64,000 nt of DNA from an uncultured Clostridia bacterium (GCA_944412445.1 CALYBJ010000007.1:3825-67824), one strand, 5' to 3'. Positions 1 through 9,296 are shown, counted from the stretch's first letter. The notes: a model not told the origin generated them from the sequence alone. Numbers and translations are program-made.

Positions 1-1
1 T

Positions 2-892
2 ATTCAGCTTTCACAGCCGGTTTCAGAAGACAGGAGCTATTATTTTGAAGGCTGGTATACAAGTCCCGACTTCACTGAAGACTCAAAAATAACGGAAATC
101 AAAGCGTCGCTGTACGAGGATATTACAATATACGCAAAATGGAAAACAGCCGTATATAAAATAACATATAATTTCGGAATAGTAAATCATCTTGTAGTAG
201 AGCTTGAAAACAATAATCCGGAAACATATTTATTCGGTGAAGAAATCAGTCTTGAGCCTCTAAGCGCAGACGGATTTATTTTCAACGGCTGGTGCACTGA
301 TAAAAATTATAAAAACCATATTGACAAAATCACAGCGGACACATACGGCGACATAACTCTTTATGCCGATTTTACCGAAAAAACCTATACGGTCACCTAT
401 GTTTTAGCGGATAAAGAGGTTACAGAGTCTCAGGTTCTGAATAAAAACCCTTCAATACGAACGACTTCGGAAAAAATTGAGTTTGAAGACCCTCAGACAA
501 TAAATACCTCCTATGAGTTCGGCGGCTGGTATTTTGACAGGCAGTTTACGCAAAAAGCGGAAGGAATCGACTCCTACACAACGAAAAATGTAACCGTATA
601 CGCAAAATGGATAAAAATAATAAGCTATGTGCCGTTGTGGGGTGATATAACAATGTCGGACGAAATAACGGCGGCAGACGCAAGACTGGCATTAAGGCTT
701 TCGGCAAATCTTGAGGAATTCAGTGATATACAGGAAAAATTAGCTGATATAAACAATGACGGAAAGAATACTGCCGCAGACGCAAGACTGATTTTAAGGC
801 TTGCTGCAAATCTTGAAAATTACGATGAAATCACTCAGGAGTACAATCTTCCTTCAATCACAGTAAAAGACGGAGAGATTGTTTTTGAATAA
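2..892 (+). CDS. 3' part of a secreted multi-repeat protein (Listeria-Bacteroides/Flg_new-type repeats plus a C-terminal dockerin); the 5' end lies outside the window
   Basis: Frame 2 is open from the window edge to TAA at 890-892. The ORF-track entry 629..892 is only the tail of this frame. Repeats of the form Y.F.GWY....F......I......DIT(I/L)YAKW occur at about nt 38-150, 280-385 and 515-610. The C-terminus has two dockerin-like Ca-loop/helix segments. Confidence 0.8.
   Translation: MQLSQPVSEDRSYYFEGWYTSPDFTEDSKITEIKASLYEDITIYAKWKTAVYKITYNFGIVNHLVVELENNNPETYLFGEEISLEPLSADGFIFNGWCTDKNYKNHIDKITADTYGDITLYADFTEKTYTVTYVLADKEVTESQVLNKNPSIRTTSEKIEFEDPQTINTSYEFGGWYFDRQFTQKAEGIDSYTTKNVTVYAKWIKIISYVPLWGDITMSDEITAADARLALRLSANLEEFSDIQEKLADINNDGKNTAADARLILRLAANLENYDEITQEYNLPSITVKDGEIVFE
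641..817 (+). other. Dockerin module (two segments)
   Basis: The sequence reads GDITMSDEITAADARLALRLSANLE ... DINNDGKNTAADARLILRLAANLE. The second segment fits the D.N.DG.....D Ca-binding loop followed by a helix. The first loop is degenerate. Confidence 0.7.
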
Positions 893-989
893 CATTCCGC
901 TGCTAAAATATTGTTTTTTAATGTTTGCTATTGCATTTTTACAAATTTAGTTGTAAAATTTTGTTGAATAAAAGAAAGGACTTGTTTTA

Positions 990-1562
990 ATGGAAAAATT
1001 TATTGTTGAAACGTCTGCAAGACATGTTCATGTATCAAGAGAGGATTTGGATATCCTTTTCGGAGAAGGCTTTGAGCTTTCCTTTAAAAAGGATCTTTCC
1101 CAGCCGGGACAGTTTGTTACAAATGAGAAGGTTGCTGTAGTAGGCCCCAAAAAAGAGTTTCCCGCAGTATCTATTTTAGGTCCTGTAAGAAATGCGACTC
1201 AGGTTGAAATTTCCGCAACGGACGCCAGAACAATAGGCGTAACGGCTCCTGTAAGGGAATCCGGTGATATAAAAGGTTCCGGTTCATGCAAGATCGTAGG
1301 TCCCAAAGGTGAAATTGAAATTAAGGAAGGCGTAATAGTAGCCAAGAGACATATACATATGACTCCTGCCGACGCTGAAAATTACGGCGTTAAGGACAAG
1401 GATGTTGTACGCGTTAAAATTGATTCCGACGGCCGTTCTCTTGTATTCGGAGATGTTGTAGTAAGAGTAAGCGATAAATTTAAGCTTGCAATGCACATTG
1501 ACACCGACGAGTCAAACGCCTGCTCCGCTACATCGGCAACAATGGGCGAAATTGTTAAATAA
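990..1562 (+). CDS. pduL: Phosphate acyltransferase, PduL type (phosphotransacetylase/propanoyltransferase)
   Basis: It has the duplicated PduL signature (SARHVHVS and AKRHIHMTP), GPVRNATQVEISATDAR and HIDTDESNA. At 190 aa it starts directly at the catalytic core. An AAAGGA RBS lies upstream. Confidence 0.9.
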   Translation: MEKFIVETSARHVHVSREDLDILFGEGFELSFKKDLSQPGQFVTNEKVAVVGPKKEFPAVSILGPVRNATQVEISATDARTIGVTAPVRESGDIKGSGSCKIVGPKGEIEIKEGVIVAKRHIHMTPADAENYGVKDKDVVRVKIDSDGRSLVFGDVVVRVSDKFKLAMHIDTDESNACSATSATMGEIVK

Positions 1563-1582
1563 TAAAATTTTATAAAAAATTT

Positions 1583-1606
1583 CGGACGGCTTTTGCCGTC
1601 CGTTTT
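1583..1606 (+). terminator. Rho-independent terminator after pduL
   Basis: The hairpin is CGGACGGC-TTTT-GCCGTCCG, followed by TTTT. Confidence 0.75.
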
Positions 1607-1683
1607 AAATTATCTGCTTTCGGACAGAGAGTGGAGTTCAGCCGAAATTTTGATTTCCATATGATTTTCATATATTTAACAAT

Positions 1684-1718
1684 ATAAAAGCCCTGAAATC
1701 AACAAAAATTTCAGGGCT
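1684..1718 (-). terminator. Rho-independent terminator of the ABC permease/ATPase operon
   Basis: The stems AGCCCTGAAAT and ATTTCAGGGCT pair. On the minus strand the hairpin is followed by a T-run (TTTTAT). Confidence 0.65.
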
Positions 1719-1743
1719 TGTTTCAGCTTTAAACGGATATTTA

Positions 1744-4700
1744 TTATTCAACCGCTTTAAGAGAGGTTACCATGTCTATTTTCTTCATTTTCTTATGCAT
1801 TATCATATTGACTATAACGGCGAATACAGCGGTAAGCGCTCCGGCTATAACAAAGCTGTACCAGGTAAGGCTCTGAACATACATAACCGTATCAACAGCG
1901 CAGTATGTAATAAGAAGCTTATGAATAAATATGCCCAGAACCAATCCGAAAATAATGCCGATTACAGTAAGCACGACGTTTTCCCTGTAAACGTATGCGG
2001 AAACCTCTTTGTCGTGGAAGCCCAGTACCTTGATGGTGGCAAGCTCCCGCTGTCTTTCGGAAATGTTTATGTTGCTCAGGTTGTAAAGAACGACAAAAGC
2101 CAGAAGTCCTGCCGCTACAATGAAGATGAAAACAATAATGCTTAAAACGCCGATAACCTCATTAAGAGTGTCAACAGTGTCAGAAACATAGGCGACGGCG
2201 TTTATTCCGTCATAAGCCATATACTCTGCGGCAAAATTAGCTTTTTTTGTTTCTCCTCCGTCCGATGCCTGAGAATCTGAAAGAACTCCGTCGTCCAGAG
2301 TGGCTATTGCGTAATTATAGCCTACCGCATCCTGGAAAAGATACTGATAAAGATTTTCCGAAATATAAATATAGCTGAAGGTGTAGTTTTCCGCAATGCC
2401 GGCAACAGGAATTTCAATTTTTTCTCCGTCGGAAGTTTCAATCCAGATTTTATCGCCTATGCCGGTGTCTGTGTCTTCGGCGAATTTTTCTGTTATTATT
2501 GCTCCCGTGTCGTCAAGGGCAAGAGCTTCTCCGGTCTGTCTGTTCTGAAGCTTTATGTATGATGAAAGCGCGTCAGCGTTTTCAGGTACGAACAGGTATA
2601 CATCGCTTGTTTTATCTGTTCTGTCGGAGCCGCCGGTTACCGACTGCATGGAGGAAAGCATTATGCTTGAAATTCTTGAGTCGGAGGTAAGTATCTGCAT
2701 CAGCTGGGAATCGTCTTTCTGGTTGTCGGCAAAAACGAACTGAACATCATACTGAGCTATTCCGTCGGCGTCGTACTGTTTTTTCATAAGGTTGTTCACT
2801 GAGGAATAAAGACCGATGCTTGCCAGGATAAGAGCCGTACAGCCTCCGATACCTATGACCGTCATAACAAATCTTGTTTTATTTCTGAAAAGGTTTCTCG
2901 TTGTAACCTTGCCGGTAAAGCTGATTCTCTTCCAGATAAAGCCGATTCTCTCAAGAAGAACGCGCTTGCCGGGTTTCGGAGCCTTGGGACGCATAAGAGA
3001 AGCGGGATGAACTCTCAGCTCTCTAATACAGGCTATAGCCGACGCCGCCAGAGTGGTGACTACCGATACAGCCATTCCGATGATTATATACTGAACGGGC
3101 ATAGTAAAAATAAGGGACGGCGTTGTAAACATAATCGAATATGCTTTGAAAATCGCAAAGGGGAAAGCATACACGCCGATTACTATACCTAAGGCGGCGC
3201 CTATTATGCTGGCGAAAAGTGCATAGAGAAGATATTTTGCGGATATTGTTCCGCTGGAATAGCCAAGGGCTTTAAGAGTTCCCAGCTGAGTTCTCTCTTC
3301 CTCAACCATTCTTGTCATTGTGGTAAGGCAGACAAGCGCGGCAACAAGGAAGAATATAAGAGGGAATATGTTTGAAAGCACGCTTAAATTGCTTATTGCG
3401 CTTTCATAGCTTGAATAGCCGGGAGTATCGTTTCTGTCATACACGTTCCATTTTGCCGTGTCAAGCTTTTTAAGAAGGGATTTTCCGGAATCAATGGCGT
3501 TTTCAGCCTTTAAAAGCTGTGATTCAGCGGCAGCCTTTAAGGTTGTATATTCATCCTGAGCCTTTTTAAGATATGTTTCTGCGTTTGCGATAGTAGCTTT
3601 TAAAAGATTCAGGTCGCTGTTTACACTGTTTTCTCCAAGCATAAGCTCAATCTGAGCCTGTGAAAGGGTTGTTTTTTGTCCTTCAAGCTGATCGTAATAA
3701 GCGTTTAACTGCTCATACGCAGAATCCATCTGGGCGTTTGAAGCGTCAAGGGCAGCCTTTGCCGCAGTGAGAAGGGCGTCTGCCTGCTGAAGCTGAGTTT
3801 TGTATTCGTTAAGCTTTGCCTGGCTTTCCTTGAGCTGGCTTTCGTACTGTGCAAGCTGGGACTTTTGCTGGTCAAGATAAGGCGTTACAAGCGTAATTGC
3901 CTGAGTTGCCATGCTAACAGCAGATAATGATGATATGGCATTGTAAAGATCCGGGTTAATGGACTGGAGCGTGTTTAAAATTCCTGCGATCTGGTTGTCG
4001 TCCATCTGGCCGTTCTGATAGGCTTCCAGAGCCGTAAGCACCTCGCTTGTTGAATTTACGATATTTTGGGTGGTTGATACAAGCTGAGTTGTGGTGTTTA
4101 CCGCAGATTGAGCCGTTGCAACAAGGGTTTGCGCCGAATCTGTTTTTGATTTTGCCTCGGACCATGCGGTATATTTTTGCTGATATTCCGTTCTTGAAGC
4201 TTTGTATTCCTCAAGGAGGGCGTTGTATGTTTCAACAGCGCTGTAATATGCGGACGAGTTGCCGTTAAATTCCTCCTCGGCTATTCCCAGTGCTTCTGCT
4301 GCCTGATGGACAGCTTCGTTATAGGAGCCTTCCGGGTCGTCAACATATTTCTGATACAGGGCGATGGTTTCCTCTCCATCTTTAAGCTGCTTTTCAACGG
4401 ATTCCTTCGCAGAATTATATTCCTTTTCCGCGTCGGCAATTTCCTGAGGCAGTGTGTTTTTTAATGATTCAGCCCTTGCTTCAACATAGGGCGCCGACAT
4501 TTCGTTTATTGTATCGGCAGCTTTTGACACATAATCAAAATACTCCTGAGAATAAGGCTCCGCTTCCTGGGCGTTATCGAGAGTTACGTAAATTTCGCTG
4601 TAATAATCGTTTGTAAAGGCTGAATCGGGAATAAATATGTAAGTTCCTATTTTTCCGCTTCCTACAAGGCTGTTGCCGCGCTCAAAGGAAAGGTAATAGG

Positions 4701-5292
4701 GTGACTCGATAATTCCCACAATCTGAAATTCCGTTACGGAAAGCACCGATAAATCGGTATTTGAATCTGCTTCAAGGGTAATTGTGCTGCCGATTTTATA
4801 GCTTTCGGGAGTTGAAAGAGTGCTTGCGTCAACAAGACACTGGTTTGATGCGGTAGGATATGAACCCTCAAGCAGCGTGGGGCTGTTTATAAAATTCTCG
4901 TCGTCTTCGCCGTAGTAGTATTTCTGAAGCTGGTTTAAGTCTATTCCGTAGGCTCTTGTGCTTATCTGGGAGCCGTCAATATCTATTTCCGGCTGACCGT
5001 TTACAAGCACAAGGGCGTCAACGAATTTCTGACCCATGGCGCCTTTTACGCCTTCAACATTTTTTATGGCGTTAAGATCGGTTTCGGTAAGTCCTATGGT
5101 TGACTGAACCCTTATATCCATAAGGTTGTTTGATTCAAAATATTCCTTTGCCGTTTCCTCCATGGAGGGACCTGCCGACTTGATTCCCACAAAAAAGCCT
5201 GTTCCCAGTGCCACTATAACAACAAGAGAAATAAAACGGCTGAAGGTATGCCGAATGGTTCTCAGAATATCAAGTAATAAAGCTCTGCTCAC
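1744..5292 (-). CDS. Tandem (internally duplicated) MacB/FtsX-family ABC transporter permease with a very long helical insertion in the first extracytoplasmic domain
   Basis: Two FtsX signatures are present (EEERTQLGTLKALGY and SERQRELATIKVLGF), each followed by 3 TM segments, and each half is preceded by one TM and a large loop. The ORF track starts at 5316 (TTG). I prefer GTG at 5292 (MSRALLLDILR...) because GGAGGGG lies 5 nt upstream. Confidence 0.85.
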   Translation of the reverse strand: MSRALLLDILRTIRHTFSRFISLVVIVALGTGFFVGIKSAGPSMEETAKEYFESNNLMDIRVQSTIGLTETDLNAIKNVEGVKGAMGQKFVDALVLVNGQPEIDIDGSQISTRAYGIDLNQLQKYYYGEDDENFINSPTLLEGSYPTASNQCLVDASTLSTPESYKIGSTITLEADSNTDLSVLSVTEFQIVGIIESPYYLSFERGNSLVGSGKIGTYIFIPDSAFTNDYYSEIYVTLDNAQEAEPYSQEYFDYVSKAADTINEMSAPYVEARAESLKNTLPQEIADAEKEYNSAKESVEKQLKDGEETIALYQKYVDDPEGSYNEAVHQAAEALGIAEEEFNGNSSAYYSAVETYNALLEEYKASRTEYQQKYTAWSEAKSKTDSAQTLVATAQSAVNTTTQLVSTTQNIVNSTSEVLTALEAYQNGQMDDNQIAGILNTLQSINPDLYNAISSLSAVSMATQAITLVTPYLDQQKSQLAQYESQLKESQAKLNEYKTQLQQADALLTAAKAALDASNAQMDSAYEQLNAYYDQLEGQKTTLSQAQIELMLGENSVNSDLNLLKATIANAETYLKKAQDEYTTLKAAAESQLLKAENAIDSGKSLLKKLDTAKWNVYDRNDTPGYSSYESAISNLSVLSNIFPLIFFLVAALVCLTTMTRMVEEERTQLGTLKALGYSSGTISAKYLLYALFASIIGAALGIVIGVYAFPFAIFKAYSIMFTTPSLIFTMPVQYIIIGMAVSVVTTLAASAIACIRELRVHPASLMRPKAPKPGKRVLLERIGFIWKRISFTGKVTTRNLFRNKTRFVMTVIGIGGCTALILASIGLYSSVNNLMKKQYDADGIAQYDVQFVFADNQKDDSQLMQILTSDSRISSIMLSSMQSVTGGSDRTDKTSDVYLFVPENADALSSYIKLQNRQTGEALALDDTGAIITEKFAEDTDTGIGDKIWIETSDGEKIEIPVAGIAENYTFSYIYISENLYQYLFQDAVGYNYAIATLDDGVLSDSQASDGGETKKANFAAEYMAYDGINAVAYVSDTVDTLNEVIGVLSIIVFIFIVAAGLLAFVVLYNLSNINISERQRELATIKVLGFHDKEVSAYVYRENVVLTVIGIIFGLVLGIFIHKLLITYCAVDTVMYVQSLTWYSFVIAGALTAVFAVIVNMIMHKKMKKIDMVTSLKAVE

Positions 5293-5305
5293 GCTAACCC
5301 CTCCG

Positions 5306-6007
5306 TTACCATTCAATCATATCAACGGAAAGCGGAGTTTCATTAATTTCGATTCTGTTTACACGTCCGTTTTTCATTGTTATAATTCTGTCAGCAATAG
5401 GGGTTATTGCCTGGTTATGAGTGATGATAACAACAGTCATTCCCGTATTGTGACAGGTTTTCTGAAGCAGCGAAAGAATCTGTTTTCCCGTTGAGTAGTC
5501 AAGGGCGCCCGTAGGCTCGTCGCAAAGGAGGAGCTTCGGGTTTTTCGCAAGAGCTCTTGCAATGGCGACGCGCTGCTGTTCGCCGCCGGAGAGCTGAGAG
5601 GGGAAGTTGTTCATTCTGTCTCCCAGTCCGACGCTTTCAAGAACCTTTGCGGGGCTCAGTGATTTATTGCTTATCTGAGAGGCAAGCTCAACATTTTCAA
5701 GAGCTGTAAGATTGGGTATAAGGTTGTAAAACTGAAATACAAATCCAACGTCATAGCGTCTGTAATCGGTAAGCTTTTTCTGTGTGTAATTGTTAATAAG
5801 CTCGCCGCCGACTCTGACCTTGCCGTCGTTGCAGTCGTCCATTCCTCCCAGAATATTTAAAACCGTAGTTTTTCCGGCGCCGCTGGGACCTACAATCATG
5901 CAGAGTTCACCCTGCTCAATGGAAAATGTAACGTTGTCTGCGGCGTTAATAGTAATCTCTCCCATTTTATAACGCTTGTAGACTGAATCCATTTCTATAA
6001 AGCTCAT
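5306..6007 (-). CDS. ABC transporter ATP-binding protein (MacB/LolD-like partner of the permease)
   Basis: It has Walker [10 protein letters not shown], signature [15 protein letters not shown] and Walker [26 protein letters not shown] lies upstream. Confidence 0.92.
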   Translation of the reverse strand: MSFIEMDSVYKRYKMGEITINAADNVTFSIEQGELCMIVGPSGAGKTTVLNILGGMDDCNDGKVRVGGELINNYTQKKLTDYRRYDVGFVFQFYNLIPNLTALENVELASQISNKSLSPAKVLESVGLGDRMNNFPSQLSGGEQQRVAIARALAKNPKLLLCDEPTGALDYSTGKQILSLLQKTCHNTGMTVVIITHNQAITPIADRIITMKNGRVNRIEINETPLSVDMIEW

Positions 6008-6049
6008 ATTTTCTTCCTCCCGAATCCTGAGTTTTAAGTTTATAAAAAT

Positions 6050-7426
6050 TTATTTATTTACTGTTTTATCGTAAAGGGACTGCATCATGTGAGCGGCAAC
6101 AGTTCCTGCGTATTTAAGTCCGGAACCGCTGTCCTCCACAACTGTTATTATTGCGTAGGGAAAGCTGTCGTCGTAGGAAAATCCTGCGAACCATGCGTGG
6201 GGATTTCCGTCGTCTCTTTCTGCTGTACCTGTTTTTCCGCACATGGTAACGTCCCCGAACATATAGTCGCCGTAGTAGTTTGATACTGTGGTGCGGAGCA
6301 TTTCCTTTAATGAAGAAGCAGTTGTAGGGCTAATGCTGACGCCGGAATCAACGGGCACCGCCGTATAGACCTCTCTTCCGTTTTCACCTTCGGCGGATTT
6401 TACGAAGTAGGGCAGATAGGACTTGCCGCCGTTGGCGATTGCGCACATAAAGTTAAGATATGAATAAGGATTTACAAGAGTTGTGGACTGACCTATGCCT
6501 GCCCAGCCTACATCGCTGCTGGAAGCGGTGGAAGCCGCCGAGAAAACGCCTCCCTTGCTTGTAAATCTGTCAATCGAACTGTATTTTTTGTCAAGACCTG
6601 CCTGAACAAAGGCTTCGTTCAGTTTTTCGGCTCCCAGCTGAATGGCAATTTGAGCGAAAGCCGAGTTGCATGAATAATTTAAAGCCTGTTCAAAAGTTAA
6701 TGTGCCGTGGACATCGTTGCAGATTATTTCGCCGTCGTCGGTGGTGTAGGAGCCGTCGCAGTAAAAGGTCTGAGAGAAAATATCGTCTATATTGTTTATC
6801 GCCCCAAGAGCTGTTACGATTTTAAATACCGAACCGGGAGTATAAAGACCGCCGAACAGTCTGTTGATATATACTCCCTCATATTTATCGCTGTCATTTA
6901 TATCATCGGGCTTATTATACATATCGTAAGAAGGGGAAGTGGCTATGCAGACGATTTCGCCTGTTTTGTAGTTGCATATTCCCACACAGCCCTTATAGCT
7001 TCCCAGCTGATTATAGGCTTCCGCGCATAGGTCGGAATCAAGAGTTAAATTAAGGGTGTTTTTTGAATCTTTATTTACGCCGAAAATAAGACTGTAGCTG
7101 CAAAGCTCTTCTCTGAAGGTGTCCTGAATACCGCCGGAAATAAATCCTTCGTTGTCGCCGATAATATGAAGCATAGCTTTTCTTATATCGGAATCATCGC
7201 TGTAAACCCTTTCGCCGTCAACAGTCTGAGCAAGAACGGTGCCGTTGACATCTTTAATATCACCGGCGTTCATTAAAACTCCGTTGTCATACAAATGGCT
7301 GTTAATGCTTTTTAACGCATATTCCTCAGCGTGGGAGAACATTGAAAACATAAGCAAAGCCGCAACAGCCGCAAATATCACAGTTACTGATACAAGCAGG
7401 AAAATTCTCTTATTGATGGTTTTCAT
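6050..7426 (-). CDS. Class B penicillin-binding protein (PbpA/PBP2-like transpeptidase)
   Basis: It has an N-terminal TM anchor and the motifs SVFK (SxxK), SCN (SxN) and KTGTA (KTG). Its ATG overlaps the stop of the upstream SEDS gene (ATGA). Confidence 0.88.
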   Translation of the reverse strand: MKTINKRIFLLVSVTVIFAAVAALLMFSMFSHAEEYALKSINSHLYDNGVLMNAGDIKDVNGTVLAQTVDGERVYSDDSDIRKAMLHIIGDNEGFISGGIQDTFREELCSYSLIFGVNKDSKNTLNLTLDSDLCAEAYNQLGSYKGCVGICNYKTGEIVCIATSPSYDMYNKPDDINDSDKYEGVYINRLFGGLYTPGSVFKIVTALGAINNIDDIFSQTFYCDGSYTTDDGEIICNDVHGTLTFEQALNYSCNSAFAQIAIQLGAEKLNEAFVQAGLDKKYSSIDRFTSKGGVFSAASTASSSDVGWAGIGQSTTLVNPYSYLNFMCAIANGGKSYLPYFVKSAEGENGREVYTAVPVDSGVSISPTTASSLKEMLRTTVSNYYGDYMFGDVTMCGKTGTAERDDGNPHAWFAGFSYDDSFPYAIITVVEDSGSGLKYAGTVAAHMMQSLYDKTVNK

Positions 7427-8709
7427 CGTCTTTTTCCCTCCAGTCTGCTGTGAGGAAGTTCAGAGTAAGAACGGGAATCGGCAGCTTTTATGAAAGCAAG
7501 CAGTCCCCAGGAACAAATCATGCTGGAGCCGCCTCTGCTGACAAAGGGCAGAGTAACGCCGGTAAGGGGCAGGAAATCAGTAACGCCGAAAACGTTGAGT
7601 GATGTTTGAACAATAAGCATTCCGGCAGCGGCGCAGGCGGCAATGGTAAAGAATGAGGATCTTGCGAATTTTGCGTTATAGGCGGTGGCAAGAGCCAGAA
7701 CCGCAATGGTGAACACAATAAGAAAGCCGGTAAGCATACCCATTTCCTCGCATACAAGACCGAAAACAAGGTCCTCGGCGGCGGCGAATATATATCTTAA
7801 ATATCCGTTGCCGATGCCGACTCCGAACAGACCTCCGCTGGCGGCATAAACAAGAGTTCTTGTCTGCTGATAGCCGCCGGAGTCGTACATATGCTCCCAG
7901 ATATGCCGGTAGCTTGCAAAGCGGTTAAGAATGTAAGATTTTAAAGTCAGGATAAGTATGGCGCCTATAAGAGCGGCGGTGCATACAAGCACGATGGTTC
8001 TTATATCGCCTGACCTCAGGAAAGCTATAAGCAGAAATGTTGCGAAATAAATAAGAGCCGTTCCGAAATCGGACATAAGACCTAAAAGACCTACGCAGCC
8101 TACGGAAAAGAAAACATAGGCGGTAAGAGAACGGGTTGACTGAAGCTTGTCAAGAGTTGCCGCTCCTACATAGATAAAGGCAAGCTTCACAAATTCCGAG
8201 GGCTGGATAGAAACAGGACCTAAATAAATCCAGTTTTTTGCGCCGTTTGTATATTTGGCGAAAACAAGGGTAAAAGCCAGAAGTCCAAGCGCGGCTATCG
8301 CCATAGGCATACGAAGGGCGCTTGTCCTGGTTGTGCTTCTCATATATACTACCATTGCTATAAACAAGGCAAGTCCGATAAAGACGGCAGCAAATTGCGT
8401 CTGGGTTTTTTCCGGAGACACGCTGGCAGTTATGTAAATGCTTACAGAAGAAAGGGCAAAAGCCATAAGCTCAAGGCTTATGTGCTTGTTCCGGACAACG
8501 GCGAAAATAAAATAATAAATCCATTCCGCAATAATGTAAGCTGCGAAATAAAGAAGAAGCTCGGAAAAATTCTCTTTATCGTCAGATAAAATGCAATAGC
8601 TCATAATTACCTGATATACCGTAAGCGTCAGCATAACAAGCAGACTTACAAGACCGTAGACGCTGCCCGGTCTGCCGAAATAAAGTTTTGCGTTTTTTGT
8701 GGTTTCCAA
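7423..8709 (-). CDS. SEDS-family peptidoglycan polymerase (FtsW/RodA/SpoVE)
   Basis: It is a polytopic membrane protein with typical SEDS blocks (SEFVKLAFI, GDIRT, GLFGVGIGNG, LPFVSRGGSS). It uses a TTG start with a GGAGTGA RBS. Confidence 0.88.
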   Translation of the reverse strand: METTKNAKLYFGRPGSVYGLVSLLVMLTLTVYQVIMSYCILSDDKENFSELLLYFAAYIIAEWIYYFIFAVVRNKHISLELMAFALSSVSIYITASVSPEKTQTQFAAVFIGLALFIAMVVYMRSTTRTSALRMPMAIAALGLLAFTLVFAKYTNGAKNWIYLGPVSIQPSEFVKLAFIYVGAATLDKLQSTRSLTAYVFFSVGCVGLLGLMSDFGTALIYFATFLLIAFLRSGDIRTIVLVCTAALIGAILILTLKSYILNRFASYRHIWEHMYDSGGYQQTRTLVYAASGGLFGVGIGNGYLRYIFAAAEDLVFGLVCEEMGMLTGFLIVFTIAVLALATAYNAKFARSSFFTIAACAAAGMLIVQTSLNVFGVTDFLPLTGVTLPFVSRGGSSMICSWGLLAFIKAADSRSYSELPHSRLEGKRR

Positions 8710-8729
8710 AATAAATCACTCCGATTTAT

Positions 8730-9296
8730 TCAATATTTGTCTGGAGGTTTTCTTGTGTAGTTTTTTGGTTTTTCATATACGGGAGACTGAGCGCCGTTAC
8801 GGGGAACATAATGAGGAGCTGTGTTTTTTCTGTATCGCACTCTGTTTTGGGAAGACTGAGGCTTAGTTTTCGGGACGACCTGCTGTCTTGTGGTAACGGC
8901 GGTGGAGTAAAAGACATATTTGATTTTTCCGAAGCTTACCGTGTCGCCGTCCTGTAAAAAAGCTTTTTTCTCGATTTTTTTTCCGTTTACGGAGACGCCG
9001 GAGGTGGAATGAGTATCAAAAATCATCCAGCCGGTTTTTCTTTTTGAAAGAACGGCGTGAAAACGGGAAACGGAAATTTCGGGAATTACGATATCGCAGG
9101 CTTTCGCTCTGCCTATGGAGGTTTCCGCCTGACTTATGTCGATAATGTGACCGTTTGAAGCGTCAACAAGACTGGCTCTTATAGTTCTTTTTGCAGGCTT
9201 TATAAACAGTGACACAACCGAAATAATAAGCACGGCAGCCAAAAGGCAGAAAAGCACAAGCTGAATAAAAAAATCGCTGTAAATATCAACGGGCAC
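8730..9296 (-). CDS. Membrane-anchored FHA-domain protein
   Basis: An N-terminal TM is followed by an FHA core (IGRAKACDIVIPEISVSRFHAVL ... STSGVSVNGKKI ... LQDGDTVSFG). The ORF track starts at 9305 (GTG). I prefer GTG at 9296 because the AGGAGG RBS abuts 9305. Confidence 0.8.
   Translation of the reverse strand: MPVDIYSDFFIQLVLFCLLAAVLIISVVSLFIKPAKRTIRASLVDASNGHIIDISQAETSIGRAKACDIVIPEISVSRFHAVLSKRKTGWMIFDTHSTSGVSVNGKKIEKKAFLQDGDTVSFGKIKYVFYSTAVTTRQQVVPKTKPQSSQNRVRYRKNTAPHYVPRNGAQSPVYEKPKNYTRKPPDKY

Noticed and set aside
990-1562. pduL as an indicator of a bacterial microcompartment locus.
   Set aside because: No shell-protein, diol-dehydratase or aldehyde-dehydrogenase genes are present within the window, and the gene is monocistronic.
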